Part shown: positions 35,701 to 45,800 of the stretch, piece by piece
How positions within the stretch are numbered: position 1 is the first letter of the stretch
How the letters are laid out: each line of letters opens with the position of its first letter
From: Clostridia bacterium
GTDB lineage: Bacteria > Bacillota > Clostridia > Christensenellales > DTU072
Direction: 5' to 3'
Length of the DNA stretch: 64,000 bases
Assembly: GCA_017476265.1 (NCBI GenBank)
Contig: JAFVAC010000036.1
Span: 2,345-66,344 of the forward strand
Translations under genes and position numbers: made by a program
Notes under the pieces: generated by a model
The model's input: the letters and a program-made list of their open reading frames with translations, nothing else
Told to the model about the DNA's origin: nothing
The model's database searches: none

Positions 35701-38700
35701 GTCTATACGACGTCGGGACTCTACGTCCTGCCGTATGCCTTCCGTTACAATCGTCTCAGCGTGGAGAGAGTGGTCCTCGGCGCGCTGTTTGTCGAGAGCG
35801 ACGGCACCGCGGTGCTTTGGCTCAGCGACCGGGAGGGCGCGAGAGTGGTCTCCAACGCCGCCGACGTCAGTTATGACACCCGTCCCACCGTGCGACTGTA
35901 CGGCAGATGCCAGCTTCTGGAATTCGGCAAAGTCCTCGTCAACAGACCTTTCGATATCAGCCACGTCGTGCGCGACGAAAACGGCAACGTGCTGGACGAG
36001 GGCGACCCGGAGGAGAAGTATCCGGAAGACGTGACCAGCGCGAGTATAAACTGGTTCGATATCATGAGTATCTATAAGCCCGACCGCATTCTCGGCGCCT
36101 ATCAGGGGACGTGGAAGACCATCCACCTGATCGCGGGGGACGAGACCTACAGCGGCTTCATGACGACGGTGGTCCGCATCACCGTTGAGTGCCCCAAACT
36201 GGACGTCGCCGAAGTGACCGAAGGGGGAGAGCCTGTCCTGGAAGCGGACGACCTCGATCGGGACGGCGCGGGCAATAAGGTCCTCTTCACGCCTGCTTAC
36301 GTTGACTTCGGGACCGGTGCCAATCCGGGCTACTACTTCATCGACCCGCTCGACGCGACGACGTTGGAACTGCCGACTTCGGTCAAGATCGGGTTCACCG
36401 ACGACTCCGGCACTCGTCTCAGTACGCACGTCTTCGTCAACATCAAGTGGCGCGCCTCCTTTGACAAGACCGACGGGCAGTACTACGGCGACGGACGCCT
36501 CGTCAACGACTCCGGCGTGGAAGTCCTCCGTTATGACGCGGAAACCGGCAAGTATTACTTCAATCAGCCGACCGACGAGCCGCTCTACACCAAGATCATG
36601 GCAAAGATCGGCAGCGAGCTGTCCGGCTATCAGTATGTCGTCGTCTGCGTAAGGGTCCTGTCCAAAGACCCGCAGGAGGTCGAGTTCTATCACGGCACCC
36701 GCGACAACAACACTCGTCTCTATGCGATCGAAAGAATGGACACCGACTTTTTGTACAGCGATGCGGACAAGGCGAGCGAGTTCACCTTCTACACCTACTA
36801 TGTGGACACTTTCGCCAACTTCCCGATGCCGACCTTCATCAAAGCGTACTTCGGCGCCAACAAGGAGCGTAGCGCTTACTACGACGTGACCTGGCGCGCC
36901 GCCAACTTCGCCGAAGGCTTGTACTACAACCCCAACTCGATCCGCAATATGGTGGCGGAGATCGGCACGGGCGACATCATCATCTACATCTATCTGTCCG
37001 TCGTCGTCGCCAATCATACCATCAAAGACGTCCGTCTCAACGGCGGACTGGAAGGTTACTACGTCCGCGTAGGCACCGGCGGGGACTATGTGATGGTGGA
37101 AGACCTCTTGCAGGAGTCCTTCGGACTCACGCAGCAGCTCGGTCTGTACCGCACCGACGGCATCATCGAAGACTATATCCTTATCAACAACGTCGACGAC
37201 GAAGAAGCGGGACTGGTCGCCGGAATGGTACCCTTGTACGTCCGCTACGCCGGCTCCTACGTCCTGTCCAAACAGCTCTATCCGTACGACTTCATCGAGC
37301 AAGCCTATTCGGTGATGAGCATTTCTTTCAACAACGGCAACGCCGTCGATCTCCCCGACGTGGAGAACTTCTTGGGAGAGTTCGGCAATGACGAACTCGG
37401 CGTCAAACTCTACCGCAGACTGGGACTCGCCACCGAGATCGAATACGCGTACGACGCCTCATCGGGCAAGGACAAGATGAAGGTCACTTTCCGCTACACA
37501 AGCGGCGGCTTCGACTATTTTATGCAACCCAACGCAAGGGGGCTGGTGTATCTGTCCACCGACGGAGGGAACACTTACGACTCCGCTTTCACGCTCAACG
37601 AACTCGCCATCCTCTATTCCTATGCCGAACTCGCCAAGCGTTACGATCAAAAGACGGTCGCCCGGATCGTCACGCCGACGGAGGAGTACGATCTGACCGG
37701 GACGGGGACGACGTTAAAGAACCTCTACGTCTACGACGCCAACGTGCTTTCCTTCGTGTACGAGGGACAGGAGCTGTCTTTCAGCAGGATCGAATTCGAG
37801 GACGGGACGAGCGCGGGCTATAACGAACTGCTCTATCGCGTGCGCTATCTAGAAAGACGCCGCAGCAGCAACTATCACGTCAGCAATATCAACAATAAGT
37901 CCACCGTCATTAACGACTTCGAAGGGATCTTCTACGTCAACGACGTCGTCCGTCCCATCGGCGGCGCCTTCCTGCCGTCGGACAAGTATGCCGTCAGCCT
38001 TGGCACGGGCAGAGGGGCATACGACGTAAAACTGAAGTTGGTCTTTGACGGCGGCTATCGTATGACGATCGACAGCGAAGAGACCTCGGAGATCGAGATC
38101 CGCCCCTATACCGGGTCCGGCTACGCGCAGTACGGCACGAGAGGATTCGTCTTCGGCGATGAGATCCTCGTCGAGACCAGAGCGGTCGCCCAGGACGGCA
38201 GAGGTATGGTGGAGCGCTTCTATTACGGACCCGACGACGTCAACAAGGACCGTTTGGACAAGTGGTACGTCGAGGCGAGTACTTTTGACGAACTGGTCCC
38301 GGGGACCTTCATTCTGAGCGTCCCGCAGAGCATCATTTACTCCCCGATCAACGGCGAGGTCACGGTCAGCACGCTCACCAAAGAGGGCTTCCGGATACGG
38401 CGCGTGTTGCGCTTCGACGGCGTCCCGAGCGAACTGAACGAGTACAACAGCGTCAATCAGACCGGACTGCTTATCCGTAGCGGCAATATCAACATCGCGG
38501 ACATCTACGACTATACGCCCATGACGACGTACTTCTCGGGGACGGCGTATCTGCCGACCACGCTGGAAGTGATGATGGGCACCAACCGCGTCACGGTCAG
38601 CAACGTCGCCTGGAAGATCCTCGAGTCCTGGTACGGCGCGATCAGCGTCGACTCGTTGGGCAGGCGCGTCGGCGTGGGAGAGCTGGACCGTATGACCTAC

Positions 38701-41700
38701 AACGGCACCTACAATCCCTTCTCCGACGTCGTGAGCGAAGTCGCCATGGCGACCGCCGAGATCCTCGGCTGGACGGACGCGGAGGGGAATTATCACGACC
38801 GCATCACCGTCACGCTCACCATCACCATTCCGTCGGCGGAGATCATCGGTCTGCCCTGGACGGAGGGTACGCTTGCGCTCAATACGCAGTCCGTCGTCAC
38901 GGAAGACGACTCGTATCGCTTCGACGTGGAAGTGGACGCCTTTAACGACGCCGGATCCTCCGCCGTTAGCGGCGACGCTTTCGTCCTGCCCAAGGACATC
39001 CGGGTCACCTACCGCAGCGGCAAGGTCCACGTCTTCCGTTCGGTGACGTACAGGTACAACAACCTTGTCCTGACCTCGATACCTTATAATATACGAGGCA
39101 TTGACACCGCCGCCCTTGCGGAGAGTTTCGGCGTGAGCGAAGCGTTCTTCCCCACCACCGATCACATCGATCTGACCGTGGACGTCGGACTCAACCAGAT
39201 CCTGACCATACGCTTTATGTTCTTCGACAAGACGGTGGATTCGGTCAGTGCGGTTCTGGAGCCCAACGACAGCGTCCTGCGCGAGCAGGTCCGCGCGGTC
39301 CTTTCCGACGACGCTACCGACAAAAACAATTCTCTTCTGGCTTCGTTCAACAATACGAGGATCAAGAAGAACATAGAAAATATGTACGCCCAGGCGCGTG
39401 CCGTCAGAGAGCAGGTGCCTTTGGCGACGACCGACGATATTATGAATATCAGCCGGACGAATCAGAGCAAAGCGTACATCAAGAGCGTCCTGTACGTGGA
39501 GGAAGCGTTCTCTTCTCTGAAGTACGCCTCTCCGTCGGAGAGCGTCAACGCGGTCAAAAAGACCCCCTACGCTCTTGACGCGATCAAGAACTACGTCTTA
39601 GACAAACTCTCCGCCGCGGCGGAGGCAGCCGCCGAGACCTATTCTTCGGTCCTGTACGACATCGTCCGCGACGACAGCGTGTCCGTCACCCAGCGCCGCG
39701 CCAACGTGTCCCGACAGATGGACAACTTCGTCGCCGCCCTTTTCAACAACGGGTACGACGCGATGATCGGCGACTATCTGAAGCTGGAGATGAGAAAGGT
39801 GTTCGAGGAGGATCTGTACGCCTCTTCCACCGATTTCGTCACCACCGCCGTCGCGTTCAAGAACGAGGTGGAAGGCGCCTTCGAGTACGACGAGGTCATC
39901 AAGTCGATCTACCGCATCCGCAAGATGGCGAGTGAGTCGAAAGACGTCCTCGCGGAGATCGATCGTCTCGGGTCGGAAGAGGACTATATGAAGGTCGTCG
40001 TAAAAGAGGTCCTCGTCGAGTACGTCAACAAGGCTTTGGCGGAGGCGAAAGAGACGGTGACGACCGTCTCCGAAGAGACGATATCCTTGATTGAAAATAT
40101 CCTTTGGATCAAACTCGGCGTCCAAGAGCGCGGCTCCAGTCAGTACGACGAAGACAGCAACGTGGAAAACTTCGTCTCCAACAACTATTCCAAGGATAAG
40201 AAAGCGCTTCGTATCGCCCTGCGTAACTGGATCGGCGGACTCTTCGACTTCACGATAGACGCGTTCCGTCCCAATCAGATCGCGGAAGTCAACAGACTTG
40301 TCGGTCTGATCGTCGGCGACAGCCTGAATTCGATCCAGAACTATTCGGTCACCGTTAGCGCCATCAGGCGTAACCTCAACACGTCGGTGGACATCTCTTC
40401 GATGCTCGCCACGCTCCTGTCCCGCGGCGTCAAGACCTATGTGGACGGCGTGTATATGGAGAGTCGGATCGTCTCGGCGATCAAGAGGGCGCAGAAGATC
40501 AATCTGCAGACCTCCTCCGACTACGGCTATTACTACATCGACCCGTACTACGACTTCCGTATGGTGCCCACAAGACTGGTGGTCAGCTTCGACGAGGAGT
40601 CGGGCGGCTTCGACTACTCCTATTCGGTCAACTGGCTCTCCGACTCCGTCAGCGGCAACGTAAGCTACGACGGGAACAAGCGCCTCGACTGGTTCGGCGA
40701 CCTCTACGCCTACTACAACGCGTACGTCCGCTATGGCGAAAACGATCTGCTCCGCAGTATCATGCTGGAGACCGTCCTGCCGCAGGAGTCGGGCAAGAGC
40801 GCCGCGACGATAGCGGATGAAGTGGGGACGAAGACTTTTGTCGAGATCCGGGAGGATCTGCCCGCGTTGGTCGGCAAGACCTGGGCGGAACTCCGCGCGA
40901 CCCACCAGACCGAAAACAACGTGATGGAGTCGATCGCGTCCTATGCAAGCACCTTCTTTGCCGACGTGGACGACGACACGAGAGAGGCGCGCTACATCGA
41001 GTTGTACCTCTACTATCGCGCGGGACAAGCGCTCCTGACCTACTCCGACTCCGAGATCGAAAACGACTTCGGAATGGACGTCGCCGCCATTCGCCGCGAC
41101 TTCGATCGGTACCGCTACGACGACCTGGTCGCCAATCTTTATAACACCAACACCGGCGAAAATCAGTCCGTGTCTTTGATCGCCGAGGTCAAGGACAGAA
41201 GCCTGTCTCAGGGACAACTGGTGGTCCTGGACGACAATCTGCTCGCGCAACGCTCGTACACGATCGAGAATCCTTTCGAGGCGTCGGCATCCGATCTGCC
41301 GCACTTGATCAAAGTCGGCGACGAGTACCTCAACATCATCTGGAACAACGTCCAGATCGGACCCGCGGGTAACTTCTCCTCCGTCTCCGCCGGAAACAAC
41401 TATATCCGGGGCAATATCGGAAACGAGGGCGGACAGGAAGTCACCCTGGCGCTGTTCGTTCCGCGTTGGGAATACGCCGGCGTGTACGAACTCATCGACG
41501 GCGAGTACGTCCTGATGAACACGGGCAGCAACCATGTGATGGACTTCTACTACAACGAACAACTGAACTATTCGGCGAAGGAATCCTATCAGGTCCGCTT
41601 TAACGTCTACACCATCGGGCAGAACGCACGCGGAAAGTACGAGGAACAATACGACGGGTACAAGTCCTTCCTGTTCTATCCCGAGGACTCCGTGCTTTTG

Positions 41701-42852
41701 GTCAACGCGGAAGACGATGAAAAGATGACGGAAGTCAACGAGAGAAAGAACTACGTCATGTACTGGGACGAGATGGCGGTCGCGCAGGTAATCACCAACA
41801 GGGCGTCCTCCGTCATCGGCAATCTCTTCTTAGGCAACGAGTCCATCGGCAAGCACAACGTGACGACGCTGTCGGTCGGATCCGCCAATGCCGCTCTCGC
41901 GCGGTCGGCGGCATACCACTACGAACGGATGAAGGTGGACAGACTGGCGCTTGCGACGCTTAGCGGAGAGTGGCAGTATAGCGTGGACGGCACGGCGACC
42001 TACGTCACCGATCCCTTCGACACGCTGCCGGAGACGGGTGAAGTGGACCTGTTCCACAACAACATCGACTACGATTCGGACAAGATCGAAGTCCGCGTAC
42101 TCTGGAATCGCACCTACAACGCCGCCATCAACGCTTTGGTCAACTTCATCGAATACGCCTTCCCCGAAGTGGAGGGCGCGGCGCGGACGCAATACGCTCG
42201 AAGCCTCTTGATGGACGAGTGGCGGACTCTCCGCCTACGGACGGGCGACGTGTACGAAGCGGCTCTCGACTACGTCAGGTACCGGGACGCCTCTCTGACC
42301 GAGGAGGAGGCTATGCGCGCCGCCGATCAGTTGCTGATGGTCAACGAGCGCTACGACTACAGTCGTCGATCCGACTTTTTGCAGGGCGGATCGTACGCCA
42401 ACTCCACCGTGGACATCCTGATCCGCTACGAGAGCGAGTCCAACCTCTACGTCGAAGAAGGATTCCGCGTGCGTCTGGTGTTCGCCGACTATTCGCCCGT
42501 CAAGTACTACTTGCGCGACGATCAGACCGGACACTACAACGCCATCGACTCGATCGAGGATGGCACGGACTTAAGCGACCTTTATATCGGCGTGCGTAAG
42601 AAGTACTGGTACGCGGATAGGAATAAGGACGCCTACACCGTCGAGGGGAAGAACACCCCGTACGACAACGTGGGCGACGTCAGCTTCAAGCTGATGGAAG
42701 AAAAATATAACGTAGACTACGGCACCGAGGAAGCGGACGGACTGCGGATCGTCCACGTGTCCGACGTCGTGTACGAGAGCGGATCGTATCGCTCGATCTC
42801 GTTTTCGATAGACGGCGTGACTTATCGCTCGAGTATGATCAACGTGCGGTAA
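29755..42852 (+). CDS. Giant lipoprotein 1 (4365 aa), function unknown
   Basis: Uninterrupted ORF. Signal peptide MKNIGRKKILRAVLLFAAIAVAIVSLAAC with lipobox LAAC. It contains a CBM/jelly-roll-like segment (about 32920-33310), many divergent beta-type modules and a long helix-prone segment (about 39230-41200). Codon bias matches the neighbouring genes. Confidence 0.85.
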   Translation: MKNIGRKKILRAVLLFAAIAVAIVSLAACTLSDPDTSTKFLIVNNEENRPNIDTTTRDEAIDTVTDGLEALRVYLDNPDVANTGYYMGLEFNINTKDTRTNVLTNFRLKVQAHLFTYKYIDDDGNPIYKYHDKRDGKYYDVQNAEGTRELVSAESIHNEVIKKSDVLVEWYDGINNEMLIGLYYDGLNGNSEDPGNVMYLNIQGYKRSFQDWGDTVLYQQLIRLLMNLSIDKLLVAANIQGDSGTSTLRQVFELLVTDNYKTVLNGDVTSTLFYDMNATAIAETLTNFIQGVFRTFRNDQTNEYPLDPFTNKYLGFKFSVMGAAVLNAIATDMQFFTEPDPTDGTSEILTGAHLFFDGAATSLRNNYDYVSDATFEYGAYPPEDIPLDRLFYTPYEYGKYEFTGNLYIPLINANYDALIRTNLTQFYNYENNIFMEYRDIANGELMIGAYYRGDIAASPDVDRINVHDELVHDKQGRTFLDISGMEYLYGWIDLNQLGFPKVYDEHINMADQMESFYRGVNNGIVSIVDSILSPDKNDKENMLMTYLMRKMSKTEKVEGDIFSRNTETLLVDMELIKQFLRETGVGDYTTRQVINILDSMMPYTMDQIAIMLGVANAEIMLDNTYFTFRWDVDTQEIRICMYTNVNRTEEEGSLLIFQLDLVPVIVGEQVNIADLNFDNFNPLEQIYTYSATMNGNFIFSTAETVDLSKLLSATIGENSGLNTPYQLAQNAGITFRLIYDQFVTDHEVEGVMRYQGRSAFELNVWLTGAESSVIIRLASDDVAFNNDVYKEQPQRADELGYVWVSIECVTDNGIQRVPKVKIREDIFMSSMQAYMNGTKISDNAADLGNSEINLSITSILFALVEDSYVVMEPEQMEITSSNETLQNLFRVKGLIGNIRTDAGFTHRVSGLQSVKNDYGMYQVGQFENLEGNSPYDTALHQTIPVYFYEDYVNYHFIKQYEDTFDSFKPNKTSEGLDGYNLGNRPNTYTWEMSRGASGETERQRLYGVYDAINDPDKKLTALYTADNGAGVVNNVFASLMPEDFDIRAFLTIDGQNSLVMSNKVLYGQSYVKTDEVVIEAGTYYKITFKAKTLLADNVNAQFRFLLQGEDETLSTLTSLNVNTSGDGSLYEAKEYTVYVYNPYADFFKAKWSFVLGDAAGRSAITDTGLVLGMMVVDDVIFASVDEEEFAAAREIHDALDREGQRAASTRVYTYSVDNGVPAQKLDFYDPLKYDLRVDRETGMIRVYEKGGRVSIYRENIEYAADSFFNQEDANNQDISKVRFRIESLPFVYRNGDRYCYLDYEGEEVVIGENYVRTEASQTYVYFLGVQKRVEHLGGAEYCWYDGDKAVLDGNGDFVTFYTQVNRKFLFEYDPASIEITEQCKTQYAPRINGSFMGVIRRYILVFTSPLPVERGKLIELYDRNFYSEEDENHSIQMYDEDGVPIGEPIPDPIVLYVMEPCEPLTEEAAVTIQVNNNYEYYVLTARFEIDWEAVTLKGYMEVTEVTIAPGMMGEQTFPVRIIVTNRETISLDTVGVYLYETDYLSEEVPVVDVIEIDPYDYIIAKNDYFMDVGNYNPDQYASSGEDPEYLRRYREKEAEFVKQYFSTYVFNIRFDYTNSYLYKNDVKEEYIAVSYVNTEDGHIVPYDWAFDAYSEGNYTEDKIKAVADGDATHTALYLHTYFKGQLIALQVNVGTRKLSHIKFSQDDDFDPTVANPGKQPGDQGYIYGHYIANYFDADSYTVPLNPIFVFTDGAGHYYEKVFDMPFIAELADNGSYVIEDSFGLSWGNPVITYIGANGSYYYKEVWCEEPVEKELTNAKIFVEYCDDDVIGKIGDGAEEISNHTDAEIDSAILDLTDAAAEKYAALLSDFASPSGSYPLTEGEVGYEHYQAFFAAIKALFDGSNHRVSTLPEYGETDGVLLGLTSSFTLLPAADDYSYDQWLTVASRLFGCDDVATFQTALAEVVSRLSAESPINRFAFDGAVYTTSGLYVLPYAFRYNRLSVERVVLGALFVESDGTAVLWLSDREGARVVSNAADVSYDTRPTVRLYGRCQLLEFGKVLVNRPFDISHVVRDENGNVLDEGDPEEKYPEDVTSASINWFDIMSIYKPDRILGAYQGTWKTIHLIAGDETYSGFMTTVVRITVECPKLDVAEVTEGGEPVLEADDLDRDGAGNKVLFTPAYVDFGTGANPGYYFIDPLDATTLELPTSVKIGFTDDSGTRLSTHVFVNIKWRASFDKTDGQYYGDGRLVNDSGVEVLRYDAETGKYYFNQPTDEPLYTKIMAKIGSELSGYQYVVVCVRVLSKDPQEVEFYHGTRDNNTRLYAIERMDTDFLYSDADKASEFTFYTYYVDTFANFPMPTFIKAYFGANKERSAYYDVTWRAANFAEGLYYNPNSIRNMVAEIGTGDIIIYIYLSVVVANHTIKDVRLNGGLEGYYVRVGTGGDYVMVEDLLQESFGLTQQLGLYRTDGIIEDYILINNVDDEEAGLVAGMVPLYVRYAGSYVLSKQLYPYDFIEQAYSVMSISFNNGNAVDLPDVENFLGEFGNDELGVKLYRRLGLATEIEYAYDASSGKDKMKVTFRYTSGGFDYFMQPNARGLVYLSTDGGNTYDSAFTLNELAILYSYAELAKRYDQKTVARIVTPTEEYDLTGTGTTLKNLYVYDANVLSFVYEGQELSFSRIEFEDGTSAGYNELLYRVRYLERRRSSNYHVSNINNKSTVINDFEGIFYVNDVVRPIGGAFLPSDKYAVSLGTGRGAYDVKLKLVFDGGYRMTIDSEETSEIEIRPYTGSGYAQYGTRGFVFGDEILVETRAVAQDGRGMVERFYYGPDDVNKDRLDKWYVEASTFDELVPGTFILSVPQSIIYSPINGEVTVSTLTKEGFRIRRVLRFDGVPSELNEYNSVNQTGLLIRSGNINIADIYDYTPMTTYFSGTAYLPTTLEVMMGTNRVTVSNVAWKILESWYGAISVDSLGRRVGVGELDRMTYNGTYNPFSDVVSEVAMATAEILGWTDAEGNYHDRITVTLTITIPSAEIIGLPWTEGTLALNTQSVVTEDDSYRFDVEVDAFNDAGSSAVSGDAFVLPKDIRVTYRSGKVHVFRSVTYRYNNLVLTSIPYNIRGIDTAALAESFGVSEAFFPTTDHIDLTVDVGLNQILTIRFMFFDKTVDSVSAVLEPNDSVLREQVRAVLSDDATDKNNSLLASFNNTRIKKNIENMYAQARAVREQVPLATTDDIMNISRTNQSKAYIKSVLYVEEAFSSLKYASPSESVNAVKKTPYALDAIKNYVLDKLSAAAEAAAETYSSVLYDIVRDDSVSVTQRRANVSRQMDNFVAALFNNGYDAMIGDYLKLEMRKVFEEDLYASSTDFVTTAVAFKNEVEGAFEYDEVIKSIYRIRKMASESKDVLAEIDRLGSEEDYMKVVVKEVLVEYVNKALAEAKETVTTVSEETISLIENILWIKLGVQERGSSQYDEDSNVENFVSNNYSKDKKALRIALRNWIGGLFDFTIDAFRPNQIAEVNRLVGLIVGDSLNSIQNYSVTVSAIRRNLNTSVDISSMLATLLSRGVKTYVDGVYMESRIVSAIKRAQKINLQTSSDYGYYYIDPYYDFRMVPTRLVVSFDEESGGFDYSYSVNWLSDSVSGNVSYDGNKRLDWFGDLYAYYNAYVRYGENDLLRSIMLETVLPQESGKSAATIADEVGTKTFVEIREDLPALVGKTWAELRATHQTENNVMESIASYASTFFADVDDDTREARYIELYLYYRAGQALLTYSDSEIENDFGMDVAAIRRDFDRYRYDDLVANLYNTNTGENQSVSLIAEVKDRSLSQGQLVVLDDNLLAQRSYTIENPFEASASDLPHLIKVGDEYLNIIWNNVQIGPAGNFSSVSAGNNYIRGNIGNEGGQEVTLALFVPRWEYAGVYELIDGEYVLMNTGSNHVMDFYYNEQLNYSAKESYQVRFNVYTIGQNARGKYEEQYDGYKSFLFYPEDSVLLVNAEDDEKMTEVNERKNYVMYWDEMAVAQVITNRASSVIGNLFLGNESIGKHNVTTLSVGSANAALARSAAYHYERMKVDRLALATLSGEWQYSVDGTATYVTDPFDTLPETGEVDLFHNNIDYDSDKIEVRVLWNRTYNAAINALVNFIEYAFPEVEGAARTQYARSLLMDEWRTLRLRTGDVYEAALDYVRYRDASLTEEEAMRAADQLLMVNERYDYSRRSDFLQGGSYANSTVDILIRYESESNLYVEEGFRVRLVFADYSPVKYYLRDDQTGHYNAIDSIEDGTDLSDLYIGVRKKYWYADRNKDAYTVEGKNTPYDNVGDVSFKLMEEKYNVDYGTEEADGLRIVHVSDVVYESGSYRSISFSIDGVTYRSSMINVR

Positions 42853-42875
42853 AGTAAGGTGTATCGGAGGTAAAG

Positions 42876-45800
42876 ATGAAAAAGAAAAGACTGTTTTTGT
42901 TGATAGGCATGTTGCTCGTGCTGGCGCTGTGCGGCTGTTTGGTCGCGTGTAGCGGCGGTTCTTCCACGGAGGAAGAACCGGACGATCCGGTCACTCCTTC
43001 CGGTCGGACGCTTTCGCCCCAGCAATCACTCGACAAAGTCTACAACGGGCTCCTTGCCGGAGGGTCTTCTATCGAAAACGCTACGACGTACGGCGTGGAC
43101 ACCACCTTTACCGTATACACCCGACCCGCTTCGGGCGTAGGGTTCGGGATGCTCAATTACACCCTGACCTACAAAGCCAACTACAATGAGAACTACGCCG
43201 ACAGCAGGATCTATATAAGAGCCTTCGACAACAACGCGCACAAGGACCGCTTCGTCGTCTACTTCGACGGGAGCGATCTGTATTTCCGCTCGGTGGACGA
43301 GGCGTATGTGATCAGCCGCTTCTCGACGACGATGATGTTTAACGTCTTCTTCGAGACCTGCCGTGAGCTCGATATGACGATGCACTTTTTCAGTAACGAC
43401 TTGGGGAGCATCTTCAACAGAAATTCCACCGCCAACCTCGGACTCATCGTCAACGGCAACAATACGAAGTACCGCTATGCCGGAGCCAACAAGGAGGTCG
43501 TGGAATATGCGGGGCTGGAGTTGACGATCCTCAACGAGAGCGTCAACAACGCTATGGAGAACTACTTCCGCGGCGTGGGCGATAAATTCGACCTGATCTC
43601 GCAAAAATACCTCGGCTTTTCGGTCAACCGCCTCGCGGAGACGAGACTCAATACGATCATAGCCGACCTCATTCAGACCCGTCTGACCAACAACGTCGCC
43701 ACCGAAACGGTTTGGGAGATCGGCGGCAGACTGCAAGACACCAGCTACTACAAGATACAGGCGGACGTCGGCTACAACGACGGCACGGGTGCATTAGTTG
43801 ACAAAGACGCCTTCGTCAAGAGTACCTATACCGAAGCGAGCCTGGGACAGAACAGACTCCTCGGCTCCATTCTGATCCCGGCGTTCAGCGACGTGGAGTA
43901 CGACGCGGAGATCATCACCGACATCCACACCAACGACAACCTCGCCAACGAGATCAGCGTCAGGATCCTCGACGCCGTGGGGACGGACTTCTTCTCGGCG
44001 TATTATCGCACCGGCAAGGCGTACGTCAACGTCAGCGGCATCGACGAGTGGCTGGACGGAGCCATCGACATCGACGCGCTCAATCTGCCCAAGGTCTACT
44101 TCCCCGATATCGACGTCAGCAAACTCATCAACGCCGCCTACAACAACGTGGTCAAGAGTATGCTCCGCGCGGTTCAAAAGGGCGTCGACGGGACGGCGAT
44201 CGATCGTGAGACGTACGAGACCGTGATGGAGAACTTCGGCAACGACGGCGTATCCTACGTCTACTATATCTTCACCGAAGAGTGGTATCACAAGATCAGC
44301 GGGGACGAAGAGCCCATTATGGACAAGGTCGCGCGCGCGTTAGGCGTGGAAAAGGCGCAACTGGAGTCCTATCTCGGGTCGGATTTCTTCCTCGACGCCG
44401 AGGCGGAACTCGGCTACGACCTTGAGAGCGGCGTGGTCACGTTCATCTTGCGCGAGGCGGGAGAGGACCTGTTTATCCTGCACGCGGAGCGGGACGCTTA
44501 CCGCGGCGTGACTTTCCCCGCGGACGTCTACGAGGGGACTCCGACCTACGCTCGGTTGAAGCTCCCCGACGTCATCACGATGGATTTTTCGGCGGAGTTC
44601 GCCGTCCGCAACGGCAAGACTTCGACCGAGTTGTCTTACGTCCTCGGCACGCTCATCGGAGATCCGTCGGGTATCAATAGCAAAAACATCCTCCGGAGTA
44701 CCGAAGTCCTCTTAGCCGAAGGCTCCGTCAGCGAGATATTCTACGTCAACGCCGACGGAGAGACCGTCTCCGACAACGTGGTCGATCTATCCTTATATAT
44801 AAGGAAGAACAATTCCACCGAAAGAGTCCCCGTCGTCAACGTCCGCACCAACCCCAACGACAGGACGGAACTATTGGTGTCCTACTATGTGGCGATGGGC
44901 GTGGACCTGTCCGCCGAGGACAACAAGTCCGGGCTCTTCTACCGCTTGAAAAAGCAGGTCGTCTCGGACAGCTTCGACGAGTTGCTCGGCGAAGACAATC
45001 TCTTCTCGGAGACCAACGTGGTGACCATATTGGACAAGATCCTCACCACCAAGGGCATTTCGCAGGTGAGCAAGATCGGCGGGTGGTTCGAGTTCTCTTT
45101 GGTGGTCTCGGAGAGACAAGACCCGGTCAAGGAGCTGTTGGGCGTTGCCGACACCACCGCCACCGTCAAGGCGAGGATCAAGTTCATCGGACCGGACAAT
45201 GAGATCGACCTGAGCGGATTCGTCGTGCCGACTATCACCCCGCTCGAGAACATCGTCATCGGCACGGTCTACGACGCGTCCAGCGCATGGAAGGACCGTG
45301 TGGAAGTCATCATCAACGGGACCTTGTTCCATTGCCAACCGAACTATTTCGAGGAGAGCGTCACCGTCGTCACCGGAAAGACGGTCTATCATCCGACGGC
45401 AAAACTCTTCGGCAAAGAGATCGGGTACGAAGTGGTCGTCACCGACGAGGTGGGCACCTACCGCATCAGCCGACTGTACGATCCGATCATCATATTGGAT
45501 CCGACGCAGACCTCCGTCCTCCCCGACAAGGTGGAAGTCGTCTACGACAACGGCGTCCGCGGTTATCTGACTTGCAAGATAGAAGGATTCGAGGAGAGCA
45601 ATATCACGCTCGCCGGGTACAATCTGTCGGGCTTTGCCAACGTGTTCGACGACAGCATGAAGAGTACCGTCGTCATCGGCGTGGACAGCATCATGAACGT
45701 CTCCTTTGACGTCTATATCCTGGTTCACAACCGCAAGATCATCCCCGCGACCGAAGGCGGCAGGACGCTGACGGACGGCAACGGGGTCCCGGTGGTCGCC